NCBI GenBank assembly: GCA_963664435.2
Contig: CAXXKM010000002.1
Coordinates: 832,001-896,000, forward strand
Direction of reading: 5' to 3'
Source: Longimicrobiales bacterium
GTDB lineage: Bacteria > Gemmatimonadota > Gemmatimonadetes > Longimicrobiales > Gaopeijiaceae
DNA length: 64,000 nt
Shown: piece by piece, positions 41,218 through 51,240 of the stretch
Layout of the letters: each line of letters begins with the position of its first letter
Position numbering within the stretch: position 1 is the stretch's first letter
Notes under the pieces: model-generated
The model's database searches: none
Told to the model about the DNA's origin: nothing
What the model saw: only the letters and a program-made list of their open reading frames with translations
Program-made: the position numbers and the translations under genes

Positions 41218-42168
41218 ATGTCTCGACTGGGCCAGGGCGACCTGCGTTTCCGCAACTACCAGCTGGGGACCGTCTGGGTAAGCCGTGTGGCAGCTGATGT
41301 CGCGCTTCAGCCGCGCATCGGGCTGTCGGCAGGGTGTCAGGTGCAGGACTTATCCGCGACGGAGGAGTTCCCCGAGGGTGTGGCCGGGTTTACCATCGCC
41401 ACGCTCGGCGGGCAGCTGCGCTGGCGGTCACAAACCGGCCCCGTGGTCGGCGACCTGTCCATCCCGAAGGGCCTCCAGTACCTCCGTTCGACAAACCACC
41501 CGCACGAACACACGTTCACGATCTGCTGTGATGTTCCTCACCATGTCCTGAGTAGTCTGGAGGCCGAACGGGGCGGGGCACCCCCGGTCTTCTGGATGGA
41601 CTTGGCAGGCTCGTGGGCATTGGATGGAAGCATCCAGCCCATCTACCAAGACCCCTGGCGGTTCGAAGTACCTACGGACATGTGGCTCACGTTCCTGGCG
41701 GCATCTGGCTACGAGGACATCGACGTGGTCGAGATACGCCGTATCCTGCAGGGGGGCGGAGACTTGCAACGGGCGGTCGACTACCTCAACGCCGCCCGCA
41801 ATCTCGTGTCGAGCGACCCATCCAACGCCGTCGGGATCTGCCGCCTGCTGGTCGAGGCTGTAGAAAGGACACTTGAGGATCAGGGATACGGAAAGATCGC
41901 TGACTACCTGATATCCTGTACCGACGAGCGACGCGGCAAGCAGTACGGGCGTATCCTCTCGTGCGTCAAGCAAATCGCCAGCCTGAACCACCACGATTTT
42001 GGCCGGAGTAGCGTCTTCAGTCGTCCCGAGGCGCTTGCTCTTGTCCGAGTGTGCGAAGCGTTGCTCCTGATGGTGGGCGACTTAAGGCCAGCACCTCGAG
42101 GAGGGTCAGACGAGGGTGATCGGGCTGATGCATCCAGTCCGCTGGCCGCTGGCGGGGTAGGCCGATGA
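41218..42168 (+). CDS. Hypothetical protein with a helical HEPN-like C-terminus
   Basis: Long ORF; NAVGICRLLVE and ASLNHH in the C-terminal helical region. Confidence 0.6.
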   Translation: MSRLGQGDLRFRNYQLGTVWVSRVAADVALQPRIGLSAGCQVQDLSATEEFPEGVAGFTIATLGGQLRWRSQTGPVVGDLSIPKGLQYLRSTNHPHEHTFTICCDVPHHVLSSLEAERGGAPPVFWMDLAGSWALDGSIQPIYQDPWRFEVPTDMWLTFLAASGYEDIDVVEIRRILQGGGDLQRAVDYLNAARNLVSSDPSNAVGICRLLVEAVERTLEDQGYGKIADYLISCTDERRGKQYGRILSCVKQIASLNHHDFGRSSVFSRPEALALVRVCEALLLMVGDLRPAPRGGSDEGDRADASSPLAAGGVGR

Positions 42169-42298
42169 CGCGATACTGGACAGATCAAGAGTATGGGGCT
42201 CGACCCCGGACAATTGATGTAAACGGCGAGCGCGTGTGGAACGGCCTCCGGAGTCACATTTGCACGGGCCTCGACGACGGGCCTTTCGGTTAGGCTAC

Positions 42299-43036
42299 AT
42301 GAGGGACCGGTTCACGCGCAGGAGCCGCACAACCCGGGGTTCAATCCCGAAGCACATGCGGCACGAGGTCTACCGGCGGGACGACCGCGTGTGCGTCTAC
42401 TGCGGGGCTGAGTGTCGAGCGGAGGAACTGACGATCGATCACCTGATTCCCCTGGCGCTGGGCGGACTCGATGAGATGACGAATTGGGCGACCTGCTGTC
42501 GCGCCTGTAACGAGCGAAAGGCAGCTCAACCACTTGAGGAGTTTCTTGAGTCATTGGCGATGCCCATCGAGGAGTTGCCGGTATACGGCGATCCGGTAAT
42601 CGATAATCCCGCAATCCCAATGCAGCTAAGGTTGCTGCGGCGGCGGGTCTTCGACCGCATCCGGCGAGGTGAACTCGCCGTCTCGGGAAAGGGTGCCCAG
42701 AGAAAGATCGAGAAGGCGTATCGACGAGACCTCTGGGAGACTGCCGACGGCAAGCGACTCGAAGCCGAGTTTCCAAACCTTCCCGGCCAAGTTCGAGCCG
42801 TAATTCCGGAGATACGGTCAATCGCCAAGTCCAAGCGGGAATTCCTGCTGCTTGTCGAACTAGCGAAGTCGGCCCGGACCCGGAGTTTGATAGGATCGGT
42901 GCTCACCGGCAACGTTGATGTCGAGGCGCGGGTTCGCTCCCTGCGTGAGCGTGAGCGGCAGTATGCCATGAGGAAGCGGCTCGCTCAGGCGCTGAGAAGG
43001 TTTGAGCGGGCCGTCAGAGCCGACTCTCCAGAATAG
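42299..43036 (+). CDS. HNH endonuclease
   Basis: CVYCG...LTIDHLIPLALGG...NWATCCRACNERK. Confidence 0.88.
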   Translation: MRDRFTRRSRTTRGSIPKHMRHEVYRRDDRVCVYCGAECRAEELTIDHLIPLALGGLDEMTNWATCCRACNERKAAQPLEEFLESLAMPIEELPVYGDPVIDNPAIPMQLRLLRRRVFDRIRRGELAVSGKGAQRKIEKAYRRDLWETADGKRLEAEFPNLPGQVRAVIPEIRSIAKSKREFLLLVELAKSARTRSLIGSVLTGNVDVEARVRSLRERERQYAMRKRLAQALRRFERAVRADSPE

Positions 43037-43075
43037 GCGCGGCGAATGGTTTTCGCGAAAGGTAGGGTTTAGGCA

Positions 43076-43594
43076 GTGGAACAAGTCCCAACAGCTTCCT
43101 CGGCGTTTGCGGCCGTGGGTTTGCTCAAGAGGATCGATTGGTCGAAAGCAAGCCTTTGGGTGCGGTACGGGAGGCTCTCAGGCCTTCGCGTGCGGGCGGG
43201 AAAGCGACGTGTGCCGGCCACCTACGAGAAGGGTTTTATGGGTGCCGAGGTCGAGGTATCCGTAACCAACGCAAGTAGGCGTCCCATCGTCGTCCGCGAC
43301 GTGCGGCTGATGTTGTCGGGCGGCTACGGTGTCCCGGTGGAGTCCTCCGTACTTGGTGAGCGGAGGGACCCCTCGCTACCGTCAACCCTCGATCCGGGAG
43401 CCGAGCGGCACTGGTACGTCCGCGGCGAGAAGCTTTCTCAGTTGCTCGCCTTCCTCTTCCACCCACCGAAGAAGGCCACAGGGTACGAAGCCCCGTCGGT
43501 GGCCATGTATGCCAGATGCTTGACGAGTGCCGGGCGTATCGGCATGAGCCCCACTTTCGAGTTCCCGACCGATGTGAACGCCCATTGGCCGTGA
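43076..43594 (+). CDS. Hypothetical protein
   Basis: Fills the gap after the HNH gene; VSVTNASRRPIVVRDV beta-sandwich-like segment. Confidence 0.5.
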   Translation: MEQVPTASSAFAAVGLLKRIDWSKASLWVRYGRLSGLRVRAGKRRVPATYEKGFMGAEVEVSVTNASRRPIVVRDVRLMLSGGYGVPVESSVLGERRDPSLPSTLDPGAERHWYVRGEKLSQLLAFLFHPPKKATGYEAPSVAMYARCLTSAGRIGMSPTFEFPTDVNAHWP

Positions 43595-43689
43595 CCGGGC
43601 ATTTCGCGGCGAAGCCCTTGGAGTCGTGCGCGCGTCGCCCCGGGCTACTCGTCCTCGGCGGCGCCGACGCGGATCCCAGTGCTCGGGCT

Positions 43690-45006
43690 CTACGACATAC
43701 TCCACGGCACGGGCTCGACTTGCCCTACCCACGTCGCCGTCGTCCGGTTGAAGTAGCTGCCGCGATATTCGAGCAAGCGGAGCAGCGCCAGCCCCTGATA
43801 CCAGAGGGACAACTGCAATGCGCCGGGGGTTGCCGCCTTGCCGTCCGGCGCGAACACGATCCTGCGTCTCTCTTCTTTCGCGTGGACGAATCCGTTCCTG
43901 AGTTCCGCCAGCGCTTGGCAAGAGTCCCAATTGTTGTTCTTGGCGAACCTGCTCAGCGCTTCGTACCTCTGCGGGATATCCGGCTGGAGCTTCAGCGCCT
44001 CCAGCAGCTTTCGCAGCTTCTCGGCTCCAGCGAGCCCGTCGTATCGCCCGGCTGACATCGACCCATTGCGATCCACGACGATGAGCGCACCAAGGCGCTC
44101 CAGCGCGGCCATGCCGAGAACGAGCGACCCTTCCAGGCCGCTCGACTGCGTGTTGCAGTGGCGGTACCAATGCAACGCCACGACCACTGATTCGAGGAGA
44201 TTGGGGTCCTTGTGGATCCTGCAGAATGGGTCGAACAGCTCCGCAAGGATCCCTCCGGTATGTAGGCCTTCGCCAAGCCAAGAAAGGTGTGATCGCCGCC
44301 ACGGGTCGACGATCGGTGACTGTAACCGCCGCCACACGATGTCGTCGTCTTCGCCGCGCCCCCAATGAATCGGCAGGGCGCACGCCGCACCGCGCGCGAA
44401 CGACAGGAACTGCCGCAGCGACTCGAGGACGTCCTTCGCCTGCTCCACAGAGAACGCCGAGGCATCGACTCTCGTCAACTGTCCGACATGCGTGAAGGCG
44501 TATCCGCCCGTAGCCTTCAACTGCCCGCGACGGTCCCCGGACTCCGGCACAGCAACGAGGCGGATCTCCCATCCGTCATGATCCAGGACGACCGTTTGAA
44601 TCGTCCCAAAGTCCCCGGCTATCGCCGTTGGATCTCCCGGAACTACGGAAGGTCCCGGTGTGATGACGTCGGGGAAATTGACGATCTGGAACCCAACCGA
44701 GAGAAGGCGTCGTTCACCGCCCCATTCCATCGCCGAAGCGAAGGCGCGGATCGCGCCCGGGGCACTCGTTGAGTATGCTACGACGTTCGTTGTCGTGAAG
44801 CCCGGCAGTTCCACGATCAAGGAATCAAGATCGAGTCCGACCGGTTCATCTGCCTCGATGTCGAACTCGATGCCTGGTGACGGCAGCCATCGCAGGCGCG
44901 CCGAGCCGCTCGCCTCAATGCACTGATCGCCTGACCGAACGCGGAATCTGCCCTCGTGTAGCAGGACGGGTTCGTTCACGTCGCGTTGTGGATACTGCTG
45001 GAACAT
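43690..45006 (-). CDS. ApeA/YopA-like protein with C-terminal HEPN motif
   Basis: GGYAFTHVG, FLSFARG, AALERL; RxxxxH motif RNGFVH. Confidence 0.72.
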   Translation of the reverse strand: MFQQYPQRDVNEPVLLHEGRFRVRSGDQCIEASGSARLRWLPSPGIEFDIEADEPVGLDLDSLIVELPGFTTTNVVAYSTSAPGAIRAFASAMEWGGERRLLSVGFQIVNFPDVITPGPSVVPGDPTAIAGDFGTIQTVVLDHDGWEIRLVAVPESGDRRGQLKATGGYAFTHVGQLTRVDASAFSVEQAKDVLESLRQFLSFARGAACALPIHWGRGEDDDIVWRRLQSPIVDPWRRSHLSWLGEGLHTGGILAELFDPFCRIHKDPNLLESVVVALHWYRHCNTQSSGLEGSLVLGMAALERLGALIVVDRNGSMSAGRYDGLAGAEKLRKLLEALKLQPDIPQRYEALSRFAKNNNWDSCQALAELRNGFVHAKEERRRIVFAPDGKAATPGALQLSLWYQGLALLRLLEYRGSYFNRTTATWVGQVEPVPWSMS

Positions 45007-45159
45007 GACTCGTCGCGAATCTGGGTTGCAGGGGAGTCGGATGCACCGAGGAACTTGGCCAATGTCGATGCCGTGCGACAGCTTTAGTTAGGGCCAGCAC
45101 CTCACGCTATGGGACTTCCGGTCGTGCTCGGCGATCGTGGAGGCAGAATCGGTGCCTTG

Positions 45160-45300
45160 GATTGCTCGCTAAATGACCCGATTTCCGGCCCTTTCGGTCC
45201 GGCAACCCCTGACACGCCCCAACGGCAAGAAGCGCAGATCGTGCAGTCCCAGTTAGATTTATGAGATATCTTGCCGTGATTTGCATCCCTGTTGGAGCGA
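45160..45300 (-). repeat. Distal IME end (assigned to element C)
   Basis: Box 45232-45246; GCCGTGAT 45273-45280; arm-type sites degenerate. Confidence 0.75.
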
Positions 45301-45377
45301 TTTGGGAGCAGGAGCAGGAAAAGGAGTGCCGGCGCGGCGACGGCGCGGGCGGTCGCCACGGGTCGGTGCATGTGCAT
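45301..45377 (-). pseudogene. Signal-peptide stub of a gene cut by the IME end
   Basis: RBS GAGG; MHMHRPVATARAVAAPALLFLLLLP runs directly into the element end. Confidence 0.55.
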
Positions 45378-45438
45378 GAGTACCTCGCCATTGGGACAAA
45401 CATCCGAGAGAGACGCCCGGGACGGGCGCTACTGAGGC

Positions 45439-45798
45439 TCAGATGTGGTGGCGAGGTGGCGGGGGATCGACACTCGATGCGACGAAGGAGGGGGCCTGCT
45501 GGACGAACGGGCCGGCCTGGAAGGCGACCCCGGGGAACGATCGGATGTCTGCCGGGCGCAAGGACTCACCCGAGGTGACGGCGCAGGCCAACATCATCGC
45601 GCACTCTTCACGCTCGGGATCTTCGTGCTGATGAGAGTGGGAGGATTCTTCGCCCGTGGGGTGCGAGGTTTCGTGGTGGTGTGCCGTCGGGGCTTCGGTT
45701 GGCTCCTGCAAGATCGGTCCGCCCGTGGCGCATCGGATCGCGGCGACGTGGGACCACGAGAGGGCCAGGAAGGCCAAGAGGGCGATGGGGCGTTGCAT
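45439..45798 (-). CDS. His/Cys-rich DUF2946-like small protein
   Basis: N-terminal TM, His-rich middle, CAMMLAC, C-terminal PPPPR. Confidence 0.65.
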   Translation of the reverse strand: MQRPIALLAFLALSWSHVAAIRCATGGPILQEPTEAPTAHHHETSHPTGEESSHSHQHEDPEREECAMMLACAVTSGESLRPADIRSFPGVAFQAGPFVQQAPSFVASSVDPPPPRHHI

Positions 45799-45866
45799 GG
45801 GGGAAGATGCTGGGGGGGTGGGGGGGACAAGTGCCGGTGGCGCCAGCTGCTTCCCACGGACCATCA

Positions 45867-47738
45867 TTAAGGCCCGAGCGAGGGCTTGCGGAGTCCAAGA
45901 TCGCCACTTGGGTGAGGGCCGTCCAGCAGCTTCGCGACCCATGAACGAGGGTCTTCACTAGACTCGTCGTCGTTCTTCGTGAATGCAGAGCGATCGATGA
46001 ACGATACTCGCCTATCGGCCAGCAGTTGTAGGCCAGTCCTCTCCCGATACGACTGCGTCTCCGGGGCTTTGTCGCCAACCTCGTGGACCAATAGCCAGTA
46101 GCGATCGTACCCTTCGTCCGTGCTGTCAGCGAGCTCCGTCCTTACGAATGCGATCACGTCCTCCTCGGCTTGTCCGATTGCCCAGAGCGAAGCGATGGCC
46201 ATGCAGTCATCTGTCTCTATGACCGCCTCCGCCAAGTCAGACGGTAGTGTCTTGGTACCGGCTGTTTGCTCCCGCCAGGCGAACAGGGTCCAGCACATGG
46301 CATCGGTGGGTGCCCGCTCCTCCGACTGCTTGCGTAGCAGGCATTCGAGTTCATCGGTTCGCACCGCGGATGGGTCTTCTTGAATTATGCGGGCCAAGAT
46401 GGGCATGACCGAAGGGTAGTGAAAGGCGATCTCCAAGATGTGTCGTGTACATCGCTGCCGCAGATCGTCCGCTGTGGCATGGCGAGCAAGCGCACGGGCG
46501 GCGTACTTCACCACGTTTTGGAAGGGCCACCTAGCCTGCAGATTGGTGGCGAGATCAAAGAGGTTTCCGAGGGTAGAGGGCTTGGAGATGTTGATGGCAT
46601 CCAGCTGGGTGCGCAACTGGATTACCCACGGGTCATTCGTTGTGGCCGGAAGGGGGGTGATACTGGTCTTGCTGGAGTTGAGTTGGAGGCCATACTCGGC
46701 CAATTGATCTTCCAGTGCGACAATGAAGGCATCGGCTTCGTTTCTGGAGACACAGTAACACCTGTAGTCGTCGATGAATCGCATGAAGGTGTATTTGTCC
46801 CGCAGGGCGGCATCGACAGGATGAAGCAACAGTTCCGAGAGAATGTTGGATGTCGCGGGTCCTATCGGAATCCTGAGGGTCTCACCGCGTTGCATACTGC
46901 GCGAGCGTTCGTCGAGCACGTTGCCGTAAAGGCTCTTGTCGTGCCTGCGTCTTTTGGCAATCTCCTTGGTGTGGATGGCCCAAGGAATCGCGTGCGTATA
47001 CACGGAGGGGAAGAACACAGCGATATCGGCACGCGCCAGATAGCGCTTCCCAATAGCTTGATCCAAGCGTCTAGTGGTCGCTTGGTGCCGCTGGGCTGAA
47101 TATCGCAGGATGCTCCTGTGAGACTCTGATTCGTCCGCGTCATACGGTCCCATCGAAACCAGTTCGTTGTCCCTGGACATCTTGGGCACGATCTGGCTTT
47201 CTTTGTTCTCCTCGATGCGGGTCATGATTGCATCCCACTGATCGACGATCGCACGGCACAGGCGGACGTAAGCCTCGGGGTGCGGGATCTTTAGTAGTCG
47301 GGTGCTATTTGCATGCCGGGTAAGCCGAAAGGCGATCGAGTCACAGCTTCGGTCCTGGACATGACCGGCACGACCGGCGCATCGGCGGTTCTTGGCTGTG
47401 CGCTGGGCCGTGGTGTGGGCAATCAGGTCTGCAGCGATATCAGGGCTCAGGAGCTTGCTCGAGAAACAAGGTGGCAGTTCGTCACGTTCCTGAGACCGCC
47501 CAGGCAAGTAGTCGCTCTCAAGAAGCGCATGGTGGGCGTATTCGGGGTCGGGAATGGGCAACCGGTGACGTTCCATTTCGTCAGGGGGGGCCTCATGTTC
47601 ACCGTTGGCGCACCGCAATCTCGTGGTGGCATCGCCATCCGATTCCTCCACCGTGATGAATTCGACTGGGATCAGCTCTCCGGTGAACTCACGGCATTCG
47701 ACACAATAGAGATCGTCGCCATCCACGTAGACCCGCAT
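45867..47738 (-). CDS. Defence-type reverse transcriptase (DRT4/Abi-like) with N-terminal Zn-ribbon extension
   Basis: ELPPCFSS, IPHPEAY, ADIAVFFPSVYTHAIPWA, IPIGPATS, RFIDDY, LNSSKT; helical C-terminus; RBS AAAGGAG. Confidence 0.88.
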   Translation of the reverse strand: MRVYVDGDDLYCVECREFTGELIPVEFITVEESDGDATTRLRCANGEHEAPPDEMERHRLPIPDPEYAHHALLESDYLPGRSQERDELPPCFSSKLLSPDIAADLIAHTTAQRTAKNRRCAGRAGHVQDRSCDSIAFRLTRHANSTRLLKIPHPEAYVRLCRAIVDQWDAIMTRIEENKESQIVPKMSRDNELVSMGPYDADESESHRSILRYSAQRHQATTRRLDQAIGKRYLARADIAVFFPSVYTHAIPWAIHTKEIAKRRRHDKSLYGNVLDERSRSMQRGETLRIPIGPATSNILSELLLHPVDAALRDKYTFMRFIDDYRCYCVSRNEADAFIVALEDQLAEYGLQLNSSKTSITPLPATTNDPWVIQLRTQLDAINISKPSTLGNLFDLATNLQARWPFQNVVKYAARALARHATADDLRQRCTRHILEIAFHYPSVMPILARIIQEDPSAVRTDELECLLRKQSEERAPTDAMCWTLFAWREQTAGTKTLPSDLAEAVIETDDCMAIASLWAIGQAEEDVIAFVRTELADSTDEGYDRYWLLVHEVGDKAPETQSYRERTGLQLLADRRVSFIDRSAFTKNDDESSEDPRSWVAKLLDGPHPSGDLGLRKPSLGP

Positions 47739-48449
47739 TGCGCTGCTCCTTTCGCTCGGCTTTTGGCGTACTCGCGGTCATCAGTTATGATCGACTTGGT
47801 GACTGCCGTCCTGTCAAACATAGCGCATGGTCGACGCGTTCAAGCTCGATCGCGCGGCATCCCCCAGCTCGTTTCCTCTCTGGGGAGGCCTAGATTCTGT
47901 GGAGATGCACTACCTGGAACGCGCGTTCGCGGTCGCAGCGCCACCCGCAATGCCGTCTGGCGGCGGGGAGTGCAGCCTGGCCGGGTGTACGGAATCGAGC
48001 GATGAACTGTTCTGCCTCAGCTTTCGACATTCCCATCATGGCTGACGGCAGCGGAGCCAGCATCGCCTTCGTGCTCCCCTACCCAGCCCGTGACCGAGAG
48101 CTGGCAAGCCTAACGCTTGTCGGCCCGGGCGAAGCCGCCACCCGGATGGCGAGACCGATGTCCCGGTGGTGATCCAGCGCAGTCCGCGCACCGGCCAGAT
48201 TCCCCTGCCGTGATTCGCGCCAGTAGCGTTCCGCGAGCGGGGCAGAGCCGAATCAAAGAAGGCCGAGACCAAGGACCGAGTTTAGTGGCCACGCAGCCGT
48301 CCCATTCCCTTCCTCGCTCAACGGGGATACTCATGCTACGTTGCTCGACCGAGGCAGCCGCAGCCTTCGCTAGCGGCTCCCTTGACGATTGCATGTTTGG
48401 GACAGCGGAACCCGTTTTCTCGCGACGATCTAAGGGTTACTTTATCTAA

Positions 48450-49421
48450 ATGCTGCGCCAGCCGAAGTCCTACCAACTTCTCGGCCTGCTGCCAAGGCTG
48501 TTCACGGCTTCGCATCTCCAGCAGCTAGCTGGGTACGGCTTCTCCGACCTAATCCCCTACGCGCAAGACTTCATTAAGAGCGAGTCGCCGCGCGCGAACA
48601 TTGCCACCCTGGCGGACCTGCTCGACGAAGCCTTCCGGCTCATGCGACGCTGTTACCCAGTAGAGTACGTGTACAAGGCGTACCTGCTGAAGCGGTTGCT
48701 CTTCGGTCGGCATAGCCCCCGCACGACCGCGTGTTACTTCGAGTTCCCGGTGGGCGAAGCGAGAGCTGATATGTTGCTCGTGAACGGCGAAGCAATGCTG
48801 TTCGAGATCAAGTCTCGTTTCGACGATCCAGCGCGACTGGCATCGCAGCTCCGGGAGTACTACAAGTGTTTCACGCGAGTGACGCTCGTCGCCGAGGACG
48901 GACACGAAGCAAGATACCTAGACCAGCTACCAGACTACGTCGGGGTGGCGACGCTCACGCCGAGGCTCTCAATTAGCACGAAGCGGGAGGCCGCGCGCCG
49001 TTTCGATGAGTTGGAGCATGAGAGCGTGTTCTACTTGTTCCGCAGAGCCGAACTCTATCGTGCAGCTGAAGAACTCTTGGGCATCCGTGTAGAAGATTAT
49101 CCCGTCCTGGCAAGGTATGAGCACCTTCTTCAACGGTTCACATTGGACCTGCCGGTGTCACGATTCCACGAAGAAGCGATTTCCGCTCTCCGCAATAGGC
49201 AGCGCACAAGTCAACTGGCGGAACGCTGTGAACAGCTGCCGCACTCGCTGCATGTTGCCGCGTTCTCGTATCGCTTGCTCAAGTGCGAGTGGAACGCTCT
49301 TACGGAGGTCCTGCACCTTCCCCCCATGCAACCCCCTACCGGGAGTCCTTATGTATTTTCCGTATCTACGCGCCAAACAGGAGGAGGTTTTCGCAGTTCT
49401 GGAAGCCGATTTTCTGACTGA
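48450..49421 (+). CDS. sce7726-family protein (PD-(D/E)XK-like)
   Basis: EYVYK...LFGRHSPRT, EFPVGEARADMLLVNG, FEIKSRFDDPARL. Confidence 0.8.
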   Translation: MLRQPKSYQLLGLLPRLFTASHLQQLAGYGFSDLIPYAQDFIKSESPRANIATLADLLDEAFRLMRRCYPVEYVYKAYLLKRLLFGRHSPRTTACYFEFPVGEARADMLLVNGEAMLFEIKSRFDDPARLASQLREYYKCFTRVTLVAEDGHEARYLDQLPDYVGVATLTPRLSISTKREAARRFDELEHESVFYLFRRAELYRAAEELLGIRVEDYPVLARYEHLLQRFTLDLPVSRFHEEAISALRNRQRTSQLAERCEQLPHSLHVAAFSYRLLKCEWNALTEVLHLPPMQPPTGSPYVFSVSTRQTGGGFRSSGSRFSD

Positions 49422-50340
49422 CCTCACTGTACCGATCTTTGAGCCGGTCACTAGCACCTCGAAAGACACCAAGACAATCAGCAAGACCACAATTGACCGA
49501 TGGAAGCGAGCACTCGACCGAGGCCGTCGATTCGCGATCGTTACGAATAGTGCAAAAGGATTTCCGCCACCAACATCGGAAGATGCTTGTTCCCGGATTG
49601 AGGATGATCTGGGACCTGACGAAAGGGTGTTCCCCGCTATTGAGATCAGAAAAGACACCAACCTAGACAAGATCGACGAGTTCGCACGGCGGTTCTGGTA
49701 CCGCACCTGTTTCGTGATCCACCGAGACCATATGCATAGCGCACGTGATCTGCGTCGCGTTCTCCGGCCGCTGAGTGAGCCTAACACGACCGCTCCTGTT
49801 CAGGTGCTCATGAGCGGCGGCGTGCCCGAAGCAGTGTTCCGAGAATTGCCGGCGGGCGGCCGAGTCTTCTTGAGAGATGGGTTCGTCCGCCAGGAGCGGA
49901 ACGCAGACTACCCTCCTCGAACCAGCTTCGACAACCTCTTTTGTACTTTTGGCGAACTGGGCTTCGATGGCTTCGGTGACTTCACGATTGTGGGGGATTT
50001 CTTCCCGCGCAGCCCAGGGGGAGGACCGGCGCGCCAAGCAGCCTTGCATCTCACCGAGATAGAGAATGAGCGAGAGACCGTGGTCACCAATCACTTTGTT
50101 TCTCAAACGCCCCCTACCCGAAGCCTTCCTGACCGGAAGTACTTCGACGCTCTCCAGCAACTTGTAACTCACACCAAGGGCCGATTAGGGTTCGACACTG
50201 TTGGTGTTCATGCCTTCTACGATTCCCATAGCAAGGGCCATTATCCAAGTCTTGGTCCACCCAAACGTTGGAGCATCCTCCATCACTTCGAGATCATTGA
50301 GAGAGCGTTGGCCAAGAATGGCGCCCAATCCTTTTTCTGA
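49351..50340 (+). CDS. sce7725-family protein
   Basis: MYFPYLRAKQEE, DGFVRQERNADY, GFGDFTIVG, GGGP, ALHLT, KRWSILHH. Confidence 0.82.
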   Translation: MYFPYLRAKQEEVFAVLEADFLTDLTVPIFEPVTSTSKDTKTISKTTIDRWKRALDRGRRFAIVTNSAKGFPPPTSEDACSRIEDDLGPDERVFPAIEIRKDTNLDKIDEFARRFWYRTCFVIHRDHMHSARDLRRVLRPLSEPNTTAPVQVLMSGGVPEAVFRELPAGGRVFLRDGFVRQERNADYPPRTSFDNLFCTFGELGFDGFGDFTIVGDFFPRSPGGGPARQAALHLTEIENERETVVTNHFVSQTPPTRSLPDRKYFDALQQLVTHTKGRLGFDTVGVHAFYDSHSKGHYPSLGPPKRWSILHHFEIIERALAKNGAQSFF

Positions 50341-50739
50341 TGGCTGGTCCCATACATAGTATAGCACAGAGGCTCTGATCGCTCCCCAGCCGCTAACTCC
50401 ATGTTGGAGTTGCCCCACTATGACGGACACCTTTCCCTTTGGGGATTATCAGCCTGACTCGACCCCGCTTCCTCGTTTCAGGTGAGCGCGTACCATGCCA
50501 GTATCAGTATAACCGTAATTCCCCATAGCCATGTGCTAAGTTTGGGTCGGCTGGGTCCGTGGGGTTCATTCATCGGTCTTGCCCGTGGCTGTTCCTCGGC
50601 TTTTCCCCTGAATCCGATCCAGCACCTTCCGCGCGTCGGGATTCTTTGGCCGGGTGAGTATGCGGGCGGCATCGGATAGTCGCAGGCCCTTGTATCGGGG
50701 GTTTATGGCTTGGGGGTTGGGGTGTCGTCGTCATTGGTC

Positions 50740-51231
50740 TTAGTCGATCCGGGTTTCTAGGTCGTTGATCCGCTCGTCTTGGCGTTTCATCCAGTCGTGC
50801 AGGTTGTCAACCTTGCTGTCTATGGCACCGACGGCCTCGGCTACGGTTCCAAGTTGTTCCACCAACCCACCAACCGATTCCTGCAACTCCCTGATCGGCC
50901 CGTTCATCAGTCGGTCGTGAACGGCTTCGGCGGTTGCAAAGGCTAGGGGGTAGCAGTAGGCTTGCGCGTCGTCGTGCGTGATGATCGCCGGTTTGTCGGC
51001 CTTGCGGATGATCTCGCGGAAATGATCCACGATATTCTTTCGTGTGCGCGCACCGTCGGCCTCGGCAACCTTGAGTATGGTGGACGCTGGCGCTTCCATA
51101 ACAAACCAGCCACACGAGGGACACCGTTGTTCGTATGCCGGATGGCCGTTGTTGTCGGTTCGCCCAGCGTCGGAGCCGTCGATCTCGGTCTCGCACAGCA
51201 CGCACTCGGCTTGCCCGTCAGTCGGGTTCAT
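50740..51231 (-). CDS. Zn-ribbon plus coiled-coil hypothetical protein
   Basis: CVLC...CPSCG; heptad-repeat C-terminus. Confidence 0.65.
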   Translation of the reverse strand: MNPTDGQAECVLCETEIDGSDAGRTDNNGHPAYEQRCPSCGWFVMEAPASTILKVAEADGARTRKNIVDHFREIIRKADKPAIITHDDAQAYCYPLAFATAEAVHDRLMNGPIRELQESVGGLVEQLGTVAEAVGAIDSKVDNLHDWMKRQDERINDLETRID

Positions 51232-51240
51232 CGCTTGATC

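Larger units (their letters stand above)
11478..45300 (-). mobile_element. IME C, about 34 kb, integrase-proximal end deleted; contains the IS110 and element D
   Basis: Integrase, mbe genes and oriT at 11.5-14.6 kb; the only unassigned distal end in matching orientation is at about 45160-45300; the pairing is inferred. Confidence 0.55.
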
